The notes beneath the pieces are model-generated. The model was not told where the DNA came from and ran no database searches. It saw only the letters and a list, made by a program, of their open reading frames with translations. From an uncultured virus (IMG/VR IMGVR_UViG_3300035670_000135) (lineage: Duplodnaviria; Heunggongvirae; Uroviricota; Caudoviricetes), in IMG/VR virus record IMGVR_UViG_3300035670_000135, positions 57,565-77,564 of that record: a stretch of 20,000 bases of DNA; one strand, given 5' to 3'. Position numbers and translations under genes: made by a program. Below, piece by piece: positions 1 through 9,884 of the stretch; position 1 is the first letter of the stretch, and each line of letters opens with the position of its first letter.

Positions 1-201
1 GAACTTATTGAAATGCCATATCTAAAAGAAAATAAAGTTTATATTTTTCACGGCGAGAATGCAAAGCGCCTATTGGATAAAGATGTTGTTCACCTGTATT
101 GGGGAGATGATAGAGAAGAAGGATGGATTGCATGGAAAAAGGATCCAATGGTCAATCAGTCTTACCCAAACGGCTTCAATCCTCATGATTGGGAAAAATA
201 A
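1..201 (+). CDS. 3' end of a CDS truncated by the window edge; possibly a glycosyltransferase C-terminus
   Basis: Frame is open from base 1 (ELIEMPY...) and its TAA overlaps the next ATG (TAATG, 199-203). The late V-H-L-Y-W-G..W segment loosely resembles GT32/DXD glycosyltransferase C-termini, and the neighbour is an NTP-transferase. The product call is weak. Confidence 0.45.
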   Translation, partial: ELIEMPYLKENKVYIFHGENAKRLLDKDVVHLYWGDDREEGWIAWKKDPMVNQSYPNGFNPHDWEK

Positions 202-869
202 TGCATAGAATAGGTGTATTGCCTGCTTCTGGAAAAGCGTCAAGAATTGGAGGCATCCCAAAGTTTTGTCTACCAATATCAGATGAAAGATCTTTGTTGC
301 AATGGCATGTAGAGCAAATGCTTGAAGTTTGCGATGAAGTACGTGTAGCTACAAGACCAGAGTGGGTTCCAATTGTACAAAATATGGATATGAACATTAA
401 GTTAATTGTTCGTGAGCCATCAACAATGTCTGATGCAATTAAATTTATGATTGGCGAATATAATGACACAGTATTTGTTGGAATGCCAGATACATATATT
501 TTAAATGCTACAGGCAATATATATAAAGAAATGATGAAAGAAGATAAGGCTGATTTAGTTCTTGGCATATGGGAATGTGGTGATGAATTAAAAGGCAGGG
601 TCGGACAGGTTAAAGTTTCTGATGGCAGGGTAATTGCATCTGAAGATAAGGTAGATAATTGTGACTACCCAGATATGTGGGGGACTATGCTATTCCGAAA
701 AAATATGATAAGATACCTAGATCCTAAATTAGACCATCCAGGAAAACAATTAAAGGAATGGATATCTGAAAGCACAAATATTAGGGCGGTAAGACCAGGC
801 GGACGATATATGGATATTGGAACGCTAAGAGGACTAAAGAATTTATATAAGGAGATGGATAATGCTTGA
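201..869 (+). CDS. Sugar-phosphate nucleotidyltransferase-like protein (NTP_transferase, GT-A fold)
   Basis: N-terminal GVLPASGKASRIGGIPKFCLPI matches the G-x-G-x-R...PK signature, with GMPD mid-protein and YMDIGT near the C-terminus. Start moved to ATG 201 (TAATG coupling). Confidence 0.85.
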   Translation: MHRIGVLPASGKASRIGGIPKFCLPISDERSLLQWHVEQMLEVCDEVRVATRPEWVPIVQNMDMNIKLIVREPSTMSDAIKFMIGEYNDTVFVGMPDTYILNATGNIYKEMMKEDKADLVLGIWECGDELKGRVGQVKVSDGRVIASEDKVDNCDYPDMWGTMLFRKNMIRYLDPKLDHPGKQLKEWISESTNIRAVRPGGRYMDIGTLRGLKNLYKEMDNA

Positions 870-1185
870 ACCAGTTTTCCCAGACTCACCACAGTTTAAA
901 TGTGAAGATTTATATTTATTAACTGTAGGCACAGAAGCAGGCAAAGAGATATTTGAAACCTGCCATGAAATTGCACACATGCTAGTCAAGAAGAATATTG
1001 CCTACGGCAATTCAGCCCTAGACCCTGTGCGTATATTTTCGAAGGCGGGACCAAGAGAACAGCTCCATGTCAGAATTGACGATAAATTAAATAGATTAAT
1101 GAAAGGCACCGAATATCCAGGCGATAATGATATCGATGATTTAATTGGATATTTAATATTACTAAAAGTCGCTAAATCCATTTGA
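862..1185 (+). CDS. DUF1599 / nucleotide-modification-associated domain 1 (Nmad1)-like protein
   Basis: KKNIAYGNS...VRIDDKLNRL...DIDDLIGYLIL motif pattern typical of this phage family. Confidence 0.75.
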   Translation: MLEPVFPDSPQFKCEDLYLLTVGTEAGKEIFETCHEIAHMLVKKNIAYGNSALDPVRIFSKAGPREQLHVRIDDKLNRLMKGTEYPGDNDIDDLIGYLILLKVAKSI

Positions 1186-1210
1186 TATTTTAGTTGACTA
1201 AGAGTACAAT
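1182..1210 (+). promoter_or_regulatory. sigma70/SigA-type promoter, probably leaderless
   Basis: TTGATA(1182-1187)-N17-TACAAT(1205-1210); ATG lies 8 nt downstream with no SD. Confidence 0.65.
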
Positions 1211-1218
1211 GGTTACAT

Positions 1219-1755
1219 ATGGACATTGAATTAGCTGATCATTTTGATCGAATGAATAAGGTTGTTGAGGAATTACTTAAGGGAAATAACCCTACCCAGA
1301 TTGCCGCCCTGACGGGTTTTAAGCGGGCAGAAGTGTTAGGGTATATAGATGAGTGGAAAGAGGTCGTTAAAAACGATTCTGGGGCCCGTGAAAGGGCAAA
1401 ACAGGCCATCTCTGGAGCAGACCAACACTACGCTATGCTTATTAAAGAGGCGTGGAAGACCGTAGAGGACGCAGATCAAGCAGGTCAATTAAACGTCAAG
1501 GCTACCGCCCTAAAATTAATTGCAGATATTGAAGGCAAAAGAATTGGCATGTTGCAAGAGGTTGGTCTATTGGACAATGTGGAATTGGCAAATCAAATTG
1601 CGGAGACGGAACGAAAGCAAGAAATTTTGGTTGGTATACTAAAGGATGTCTCAGCAGAATATCCGCAAGTAAGAAAAGAAATTATGCGTAGACTTGCACA
1701 GATAACTGGAGTTGTAGAACCTATAGAGATAATTGAGGAAGCTAGTGGATCTTGA
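1219..1755 (+). CDS. terS: Putative terminase small subunit
   Basis: N-terminal HTH-like segment (GNNPTQIAALTGFKRAEV), helical remainder, immediately upstream of and overlapping the large terminase. Confidence 0.65.
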   Translation: MDIELADHFDRMNKVVEELLKGNNPTQIAALTGFKRAEVLGYIDEWKEVVKNDSGARERAKQAISGADQHYAMLIKEAWKTVEDADQAGQLNVKATALKLIADIEGKRIGMLQEVGLLDNVELANQIAETERKQEILVGILKDVSAEYPQVRKEIMRRLAQITGVVEPIEIIEEASGS

Positions 1756-3535
1756 TTTTTCAGATCTCATTGATATCCTAGACGGAGAGGAATTTGATGA
1801 AAGACCAGTCGACTTACGAACATTTGTCACAGGAGCAAATTACCTTGGACTCCCGCCACTTTCGGAGTACCAACATACGCTCATCGAAAAAAGCTCTCAG
1901 ATCTATAAAGAATCCACTCTTATTAAATTATTTGGAGAAGAAGAAGGCCGACGTCGCTTTAAGCAAACCTGTAACGAAGTAATTGCACAACTAGGAAAAG
2001 GTAGCGGCAAAGATTACTGCTCAACAATTGCAGTATCTTACATGGTTTATCTCTTGCTTTGCCTGAAAGATCCAGCAACATATTATGGTAAACCCCCTGG
2101 AGATTCCATAGATATTCTTAACATTGCTATTAACGCACAGCAAGCAAACAATGTTTTCTTTAAAGGATTCAAAACAAGAATAGAAAGATCACCTTGGTTT
2201 ATTGGTAAGTATGAAGCAAAGGCTTCTGAGATGAAATTTAATAAGGCAATAACTGTTCACTCTGGTCACTCTGAGCGTGAGGCGTGGGAAGGGTATAACG
2301 TAATAGCAGTTATCCTTGATGAAATTTCAGGCTTTGCCACAGAGAATACGACGGGGCATGACCAAGCAAAAACAGCAGATGCAATATACGATATGTATAG
2401 AGGATCTGTAGTTTCACGTTTTCCAGACTACGGTAAGGTTATTCTTTTGTCCTTTCCCCGTTTTAAGAATGATCCAATACAAAAGTTCTATGATTCTGTT
2501 ATAGCTGAAAAAGAAGTAATCGTAAGAAATAAAGTCTTGAAGATGGACGAAGGACTACCAGACGGTACAGAGGGAAATGAAATTGAGGTGGAGTGGGAGG
2601 AAGATAATATTATCTCCTACAAGATACCTAAAGTTTATGCATTGAAAAGACCTACGTGGGAAGTCAATCCAACTAAAACAATAGATAACTTCAAAGTAGA
2701 ATTTTATAAGAACATGCCAGATGCCATGGGAAGATTTGCATGTATGCCATCAGAAGCAATTGATGCATTTTTTAAATCTCGTGAGAAGGTTGAGCGGGCA
2801 TTTAATAATATGTCCTTAGCCGTAGATAATTTTGGTAGATTTGAAAACTGGTTTTCGCCAGACCCAGATAAAGAATATTTTATACATGTAGATCTTGCTC
2901 AAAAGCATGACCATTGTGCTGTGGCTATGGCACATGTTCAGAAATGGGTTAATGTTAAAGTGACCGATACTTATTCACAGCCCGCTCCAATTGTAGAAGT
3001 TGACGCAGTAAGATACTGGACACCAACTTCAGATAAATCTGTAGACTTTACAGAAGTTAAAGACTATATATTATCTTTAAGAACAAAAGGATTTAAGATT
3101 CGTGTTTGTACATTTGACCGTTGGAATTCTCATGACATGATGCAACAACTTAAACAATATGGTATTAATACAGAAACTTTGTCTGTAGCTAAAAAACATT
3201 ATGATGATATGGCAATGGTTATAGCTGAAGATAGGTTGAGCGGGCCACACATCAAGCTTTTAATTGATGAGCTCCTACAACTTAGAATTATGAGGGACAG
3301 GGTAGACCATCCAAGAAAAGGATCAAAAGACTTGGCGGATGCAGTTTGTGGGTCTATATATAATGCTATAAGTAGAACTAGATTTGAAAGTAATGAAGAA
3401 ATTGATGTGCATACCTACGACTCATTAATGCGTAGGCCATCAAAAGAGCAAGATGAAATTGTATTAAATATGGTTAGGCCGCCAAGAATGCCTTCAAAAT
3501 TGGCAGACGCTTTAGAGGGTATGGAGATACTATGA
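1745..3535 (+). CDS. terL: Terminase large subunit
   Basis: Walker A QLGKGSGKD, Walker B VILDE, RNase H-like nuclease residues HVDLA / TFDRW / KDLADA. Likely GTG start at 1745 after GAGGA. Confidence 0.93.
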   Translation: MDLDFSDLIDILDGEEFDERPVDLRTFVTGANYLGLPPLSEYQHTLIEKSSQIYKESTLIKLFGEEEGRRRFKQTCNEVIAQLGKGSGKDYCSTIAVSYMVYLLLCLKDPATYYGKPPGDSIDILNIAINAQQANNVFFKGFKTRIERSPWFIGKYEAKASEMKFNKAITVHSGHSEREAWEGYNVIAVILDEISGFATENTTGHDQAKTADAIYDMYRGSVVSRFPDYGKVILLSFPRFKNDPIQKFYDSVIAEKEVIVRNKVLKMDEGLPDGTEGNEIEVEWEEDNIISYKIPKVYALKRPTWEVNPTKTIDNFKVEFYKNMPDAMGRFACMPSEAIDAFFKSREKVERAFNNMSLAVDNFGRFENWFSPDPDKEYFIHVDLAQKHDHCAVAMAHVQKWVNVKVTDTYSQPAPIVEVDAVRYWTPTSDKSVDFTEVKDYILSLRTKGFKIRVCTFDRWNSHDMMQQLKQYGINTETLSVAKKHYDDMAMVIAEDRLSGPHIKLLIDELLQLRIMRDRVDHPRKGSKDLADAVCGSIYNAISRTRFESNEEIDVHTYDSLMRRPSKEQDEIVLNMVRPPRMPSKLADALEGMEIL

Positions 3536-3783
3536 GCATATATCAAGAAAGAGCAAAAGAATGTAAGTGTTGTGGTAAGCATGTGCCCCTTCCTACTGTA
3601 CTAAAAGAGTATGAGGGAAACACGTTATGCCCAACAACATTCTCAAATGTGATAGAATATAAGAGACTGTGGAAATCTCTTGGATCGAGGCCACCTGGTA
3701 GTATCAGAAAGCATTTTTCTGACTATGTTCAGCAGTTAGTGGAAACGACCATTGACAAAAACGAGGACGGGACTATACAATAG
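3532..3783 (+). CDS. Hypothetical Cys-containing protein
   Basis: ATGA overlap with terL; CKCCGKH...CP motif. Confidence 0.75.
   Translation: MSIYQERAKECKCCGKHVPLPTVLKEYEGNTLCPTTFSNVIEYKRLWKSLGSRPPGSIRKHFSDYVQQLVETTIDKNEDGTIQ
3752..3781 (+). promoter_or_regulatory. sigma70-type promoter
   Basis: TTGACA(3752-3757)-N18-TACAAT(3776-3781), then AAGGA SD before ATG 3804. Confidence 0.55.
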
Positions 3784-3803
3784 TCTTATCCAAAAGGATA
3801 AAA

Positions 3804-4121
3804 ATGGACGAGGATAGAGAAGACGAAATGCAGTTGGAACATTATCTAGAAATTGGTGCCATCAGTTTAGCAGGCATGGACGAAAATGGAGAAATTATTT
3901 ACGCCATTGAGGATAAGGCAAAAGAAATTGCACCAGAACTTTGGGAAGCCCACATTAGATATGTAGACGAATCTCTTATGCAGCTTTACGAAAAAGGTTT
4001 ATTGCAAGTAGAATATGATGAGAATCTTGAAGCTATGCTTCACATCAGTCCAGAAGGACAAAAGATCGCAAAAGAAATGGGGCTGATAGAAATGAATCTA
4101 CCAGAACCCCCTAACAATTAG
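3804..4121 (+). CDS. Acidic hypothetical protein (possible winged-helix-like C-terminal half)
   Basis: SD AAGGA; LMQLYEKGLLQVEY..ISPEG resembles a winged-helix wing. Confidence 0.75.
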   Translation: MDEDREDEMQLEHYLEIGAISLAGMDENGEIIYAIEDKAKEIAPELWEAHIRYVDESLMQLYEKGLLQVEYDENLEAMLHISPEGQKIAKEMGLIEMNLPEPPNN

Positions 4122-4130
4122 GAGAATAAA

Positions 4131-4313
4131 ATGCCTTGGGAAATTAAACAAAACTTTGCAGGATGCAAAGGATATGCTGTAGTAAAGCAGGGATCAAACG
4201 AATTAGTAGGATGTCATGCAGGAAAATCAGCAGCCTCTGCCCAACTAAGGGCCTTATATGCCTCAGAGGCGGATGAGAAAAAGATGCACGACAAGAAGAA
4301 GAAAATTTACTAG
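4131..4313 (+). CDS. Small phage protein (MPW...GCH...ALYASE type), possibly head-associated
   Basis: SD AGGAG. I recognise the C..YAVVK....VGCH....A..QL.ALY pattern from small phage proteins; the function is inferred. Confidence 0.7.
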   Translation: MPWEIKQNFAGCKGYAVVKQGSNELVGCHAGKSAASAQLRALYASEADEKKMHDKKKKIY

Positions 4314-4339
4314 ACTTAAAAAATCTAATTTGCTATAAT
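4311..4339 (+). promoter_or_regulatory. hsp20 promoter with extended -10
   Basis: TAGACT(4311-4316)-N17-TATAAT(4334-4339), with TG at 4331-4332. Confidence 0.7.
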
Positions 4340-4345
4340 ATATGT

Positions 4346-4401
4346 GGGTCGCCAATAGGGGCCCACATATTAATTTATTCGCTTAAAGGAGGAATAAAAT
4401 G
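4346..4401 (+). promoter_or_regulatory. Candidate ROSE-like RNA thermometer in the hsp20 5' UTR
   Basis: Two hairpins. The second pairs UUUAUUC[G]CUU (4374-4384) with GAGGAAUAAA (4389-4398), placing UCGCU with a bulged G opposite the SD AGGA. Confidence 0.6.
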
Positions 4402-4818
4402 GTAACAACATTTGCTATGGATCTTTTTAGAGATCCATTTTTTATTGGCTTCAATCGTGAAGTAGAAAGACTAAACAATATCCATCGTGAGGCTACGGCC
4501 CAGTCTTTCCCGCCATACAATATTGTCAAGGTAGATGAAGATTCATATCGTGTATCTTTGGCGGTGGCAGGATTTGATAAGAAGGATATTGAGGTCTCAG
4601 TAGATAATCAGACTCTTATTGTTAAGGGTGAAGTTACTACAGAAGAGACTGGAGAAGTTCTTCACAAAGGAATTGCCGCCCGTAAATTTACACGCACATT
4701 TGCGCTTGGTGAATATATGGAGGTAGTCGGAGCGGAATTTAAAAATGGCATGCTACACATTGATGTAGATCGTCTAATTCCAGAAGACAAAAAGCCAAAG
4801 ACAATCAAGGTCAAATAA
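4399..4818 (+). CDS. hsp20: Small heat shock protein (Hsp20/IbpA-like)
   Basis: FPPYNI, LAVAGF, LHKGIAARKFTRTF and NGMLHI alpha-crystallin motifs; SD AAGGAGG. Confidence 0.95.
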   Translation: MVTTFAMDLFRDPFFIGFNREVERLNNIHREATAQSFPPYNIVKVDEDSYRVSLAVAGFDKKDIEVSVDNQTLIVKGEVTTEETGEVLHKGIAARKFTRTFALGEYMEVVGAEFKNGMLHIDVDRLIPEDKKPKTIKVK

Positions 4819-4831
4819 GGTATAATGGTTC

Positions 4832-4903
4832 TGTCCATGTAGATGGACACGGGCCGAATAGTTACGCCTTAGGATACACCTGAGCATGTGTATAAACTGC
4901 TCA
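4832..4903 (+). ncRNA. Candidate structured RNA or leader: hairpin plus H-type pseudoknot
   Basis: TATAAT at 4821-4826; hairpin TGTCCAT-gtag-ATGGACA (4832-4849); interleaved ATACAC/GTGTAT and TGAGCA/TGCTCA stems (4874-4903). Confidence 0.5.
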
Positions 4904-4922
4904 TTAAAATTTAGGAGAGACA

Positions 4923-5105
4923 GTGCCAGTTTACGAATATAAATGTGTTCTATGTGAACATGTTAAGGAAGTTACCAAGTCAATCAATGACGCATCAGTT
5001 GTTGAGCTTTGCTCCAATTGTGGTTCTGCAATGATCAAGCAGTTTGGCACATTTGGTATTCAGTTTAAAGGTTCTGGCTTTTACAAAACAGATAACGCTA
5101 AGTAG
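4923..5105 (+). CDS. FmdB-family zinc-ribbon protein
   Basis: MPVYEYKCxxC...CxxCG...FKGSGFYKTD signature; SD AGGAG and GTG start. Confidence 0.9.
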   Translation: MPVYEYKCVLCEHVKEVTKSINDASVVELCSNCGSAMIKQFGTFGIQFKGSGFYKTDNAK

Positions 5106-5110
5106 TTCAA

Positions 5111-5148
5111 TGTTATAATTAACTTGTTATAAGATTTATAACAAGGAG
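5111..5148 (+). promoter_or_regulatory. Extended -10 followed by a perfect 10-bp inverted repeat overlapping the SD
   Basis: TGTTATAAT (5111-5119); CTTGTTATAA-gat-TTATAACAAG (5123-5145); SD AAGGAG (5143-5148). Confidence 0.55.
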
Positions 5149-5154
5149 TTATAG

Positions 5155-7196
<2,042 letters not shown>

Positions 7197-7197
<1 letters not shown>

Positions 7198-7391
7198 TGA
7201 AAATAATTAAGGCTATCCTAAGCTATTTCTGGGAGGCAGTTAAAGAAAGCATTGCCCAGGTTTGGACCCTACTAGGCTTTTTTATTGCTTGGTTAACCCT
7301 TACAGGGACAGCTCAGCAGGTAGTAGGAGTGGCTACGGTAGCCGCTACCGTTATTTGGCTTGCAACTATCCCTCTTCGCAAAGAAGACTAA
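7197..7391 (+). CDS. Small two-TM membrane protein
   Basis: TAATG coupling; hydrophobic WTLLGFFIAWLTL and VVGVATVAATVIWLATI segments; charged C-terminus. Confidence 0.8.
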
Positions 7392-7407
7392 ATGATATAA
7401 TTAATCT

Positions 7408-7629
7408 ATGGTAAGATTAATTGGACTTGCCCTTGCAGGGCTATTTATGCTGTCAGGATGTGGATATGATGGAGTTTTCAGATATCCATGTCAAGACCCT
7501 GCCAATTTTGATAATCCAGAGTGCAATCCCCCCTTGTGCAAGGTTGAGGGACAGTGTACAATAGATATACTAGGATTCGACCCCAAAACTGGGGAGGCAC
7601 CAACTATACAACAGAACGGTAATGAGTAA
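7408..7629 (+). CDS. Small Cys-rich lipoprotein
   Basis: Signal peptide ending in lipobox LSGC, followed by four further Cys; TGATATAAT 6 nt before the ATG (leaderless). Confidence 0.8.
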   Translation: MVRLIGLALAGLFMLSGCGYDGVFRYPCQDPANFDNPECNPPLCKVEGQCTIDILGFDPKTGEAPTIQQNGNE

Positions 7630-8015
7630 TGGCTAAAAGACCAAGATTAACTCCATCGGACTTAGACGCAAGATTAAAATTTACTCTTGGTCTTATCCTT
7701 GGAACTATTTTATTATTTACAACTATGGGCATATTGTATGCTCTTATTTTTGTTACGCAGCCAATTGGAGAACAGTCTGAAAACGACAAGATGTTTTTCA
7801 ATGTCTTAGGCTCAGTAGCAACATTTATTACAGGAACTCTTGCAGGATTATTGATCGGTAAGAGCGGATCAAGCGATAATCAAATTACATTTGATGAGCC
7901 AGAAGCACCAGAATCTCCAGCGCCAGTTAGTCCAAACCCAACTGAGCCAGAGGGTAAGCCGAATGATCAAATGCCAGACGAGACAGAAGTAGACGAAGAC
8001 TGGGATAAAGATTAA
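7629..8015 (+). CDS. Two-TM membrane protein with an acidic tail (holin candidate)
   Basis: Two long hydrophobic helices; directly upstream of the CHAP enzyme; TAATG coupling. Confidence 0.7.
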   Translation: MAKRPRLTPSDLDARLKFTLGLILGTILLFTTMGILYALIFVTQPIGEQSENDKMFFNVLGSVATFITGTLAGLLIGKSGSSDNQITFDEPEAPESPAPVSPNPTEPEGKPNDQMPDETEVDEDWDKD

Positions 8016-8017
8016 CC

Positions 8018-8602
8018 ATGGCAGAATTGGGAACAGTAGAAAAATTAATTGAAGTTGCTAAAGGTGAGATTGGCACTGTAGAAGGTCCTCGTGATAACGA
8101 GACCAAGTATGGTAAATTTACTAAAGCTAATTTCCAGCCATGGTGTGGGTCTTTCGTAATGTGGTGTGCAGATCAAGCTGGAGTAAAAGTTCCAAATACA
8201 GTTTATACGCCTTCAGGAGCAGCAGCATTTAAAAAAGCTGGTCGCTGGCACGACCCACAGATTGCAGATCCAGAGCCAGGGGATATTGCTTATTTTGATT
8301 TTCCTGGAGATGGTGTAGATAGAATTAGTCACGTTGGAATTGTCGTTAAGGATAATGAAGACGGAACAGTATGGTGCATTGAGGGCAATACCACTAGCAA
8401 AAAAGCTGGAAGCCAAAGAAATGGTGGAGAGGTTTGTCGCCAACTTCGTGCATATAAAAAGAATAAAAAAGGCGTAATGGTATCAATCGTAGGCTTTGGA
8501 CGTCCTAAATTTAAGGGCGGGAAAGCCGAAGCCCCAGTAGCCCCAGAAATTCAAGCAGCAATTGACCTTTTGAAGGCAAACGGGTATAAAATAGTAAAGT
8601 AA
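8018..8602 (+). CDS. CHAP-domain peptidoglycan hydrolase (endolysin)
   Basis: QPWCGSFV catalytic Cys, PGDI, SHVGIV His, IEGNT. Confidence 0.9.
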   Translation: MAELGTVEKLIEVAKGEIGTVEGPRDNETKYGKFTKANFQPWCGSFVMWCADQAGVKVPNTVYTPSGAAAFKKAGRWHDPQIADPEPGDIAYFDFPGDGVDRISHVGIVVKDNEDGTVWCIEGNTTSKKAGSQRNGGEVCRQLRAYKKNKKGVMVSIVGFGRPKFKGGKAEAPVAPEIQAAIDLLKANGYKIVK

Positions 8603-8604
8603 AA

Positions 8605-8748
8605 ATGAATACTTACAGCGTCAAAATTGAGGTAAATGCAGAAGTTCAAGCATTTAATGAAGATGATGCTGTTGATTATGTGAATGATATATTCGGTGTT
8701 GATGACGAAGTAAAGTCTATCAAGGTCGTTAGCGTAAAGGAGAAGTGA
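8605..8748 (+). CDS. 47-aa hypothetical protein (not in the ORF track)
   Basis: MNTYSVKIEVNAEVQAFNEDDAVDYVNDIFGVDDEVKSIKVVSVKEK fills the gap exactly, with a TGATG overlap into the next gene. Confidence 0.75.
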   Translation: MNTYSVKIEVNAEVQAFNEDDAVDYVNDIFGVDDEVKSIKVVSVKEK

Positions 8749-9851
8749 TGGCTAAAGAAGGATACAAGCCCACCGCTGGAATGAAAGCGGCAGCTAAGAG
8801 AGCTATTCGTTGGAAAGAACAAGGAAAAGCAAAGGGAGCTGGAACAGCAGTAGGATGGACTCGTGCAGGTCAGCTTGCTCGTGGCGAGACCCTTAGCTTA
8901 TCAACAGTTAAAAGAATGTACTCTTTCTTTTCTAGGCATGAGGTAGACAAGAAGGGTAAAGACTTTTACAATACTTCTAATCCTTCAAATGGTCGAATTA
9001 TGTGGGACGCATGGGGCGGCGATGCTGGATTCTCTTGGTCTCGCAAAATTGCAGAGAGAGAAAAGAATATGAAGAAGTCTTATGTACAAGAGGACTTACT
9101 TGAAGAAATTAAAGATATGTTAACAGATGTAGTAGAGCCATTTGATACTGTAGTTGAAATTGATGATGATGAAGAAATTAAAAAAGCCCTACGTCCAGAA
9201 ATCACAAAAGAACAGCTCGGAATGGTAATTGAGCATTTGATGGAAGTAATTGAGGGAATGATCGAAGCCCCAGAGGAAGAGGAAGGCGAAGAAGATGCTC
9301 CAAATATGGAAGTAGAAGACGCCAATAGCTCTAATCCTGCCCCAATTGGAGATCCAATGAAGAATGAAATAAACTGGCCAATTGCAAAAGCATATGAAAA
9401 TTGTGGATGCGAAACATGTAAGGCAATGAATGTTTCTTGCGACAAGTGCCCAGTATGCTCAGAAGAAATGAGCAAGTCTTATGAATCAGATAATGAGGAA
9501 GAAGATAAATGGGACAATATGGAAAAGGCATGCTGGTCTGGCTACAAACAAGAGGGAATGAAAGAAAAGAATGGCAGAATGGTCCCAAATTGCGTACCAG
9601 TAAATAAATCATATGATGAAAAAGATGAAGATTTAGATAAAGCAAAAGATAAATTTAAAGAGGTAATCTCTGATCGCAAAGGCGAGCCAGCAGACAAACA
9701 GCTCTATGCCAGAATTGTTGCTGAAGCTAAAAGAAAATTTGATGTCTATCCATCAGCATATGCAAATGGATGGGTTGTCCAAGAGTATAAGCGCCGTGGC
9801 GGCAAATATACAGTTAAAAAGTCCGTTTGGAACGGAACTTTTATTAAATAG
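8748..9851 (+). CDS. Modular, probably head-associated protein (C-terminal DUF5872-like module)
   Basis: N-domain ...VKRMYSFFSRH...WDAWGGDAG; CWSGY...VPNCVP module; YPSAYANGWVVQEYKRRGGKY module; SD AAGGAG. Confidence 0.7.
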   Translation: MAKEGYKPTAGMKAAAKRAIRWKEQGKAKGAGTAVGWTRAGQLARGETLSLSTVKRMYSFFSRHEVDKKGKDFYNTSNPSNGRIMWDAWGGDAGFSWSRKIAEREKNMKKSYVQEDLLEEIKDMLTDVVEPFDTVVEIDDDEEIKKALRPEITKEQLGMVIEHLMEVIEGMIEAPEEEEGEEDAPNMEVEDANSSNPAPIGDPMKNEINWPIAKAYENCGCETCKAMNVSCDKCPVCSEEMSKSYESDNEEEDKWDNMEKACWSGYKQEGMKEKNGRMVPNCVPVNKSYDEKDEDLDKAKDKFKEVISDRKGEPADKQLYARIVAEAKRKFDVYPSAYANGWVVQEYKRRGGKYTVKKSVWNGTFIK

Positions 9852-9854
9852 TCA

Positions 9855-9884
9855 TTGACATAGCCGCAGCAATTCCTGTATAAT
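9855..9884 (+). promoter_or_regulatory. Consensus sigma70-type promoter
   Basis: TTGACA(9855-9860)-N18-TATAAT(9879-9884). Confidence 0.75.

Noticed and set aside
4311..4398. HspR (HAIR) or HrcA (CIRCE) operator upstream of hsp20
   Set aside because: The inverted repeats match neither CTTGAGT-N7-ACTCAAG nor TTAGCACTC-N9-GAGTGCTAA.
4827..4905. Possible tRNA or hammerhead ribozyme in the hsp20-FmdB gap
   Set aside because: No TTCGA T-loop or cloverleaf, and no CUGANGA/GAAA core. I recognised no tRNA anywhere in the window.
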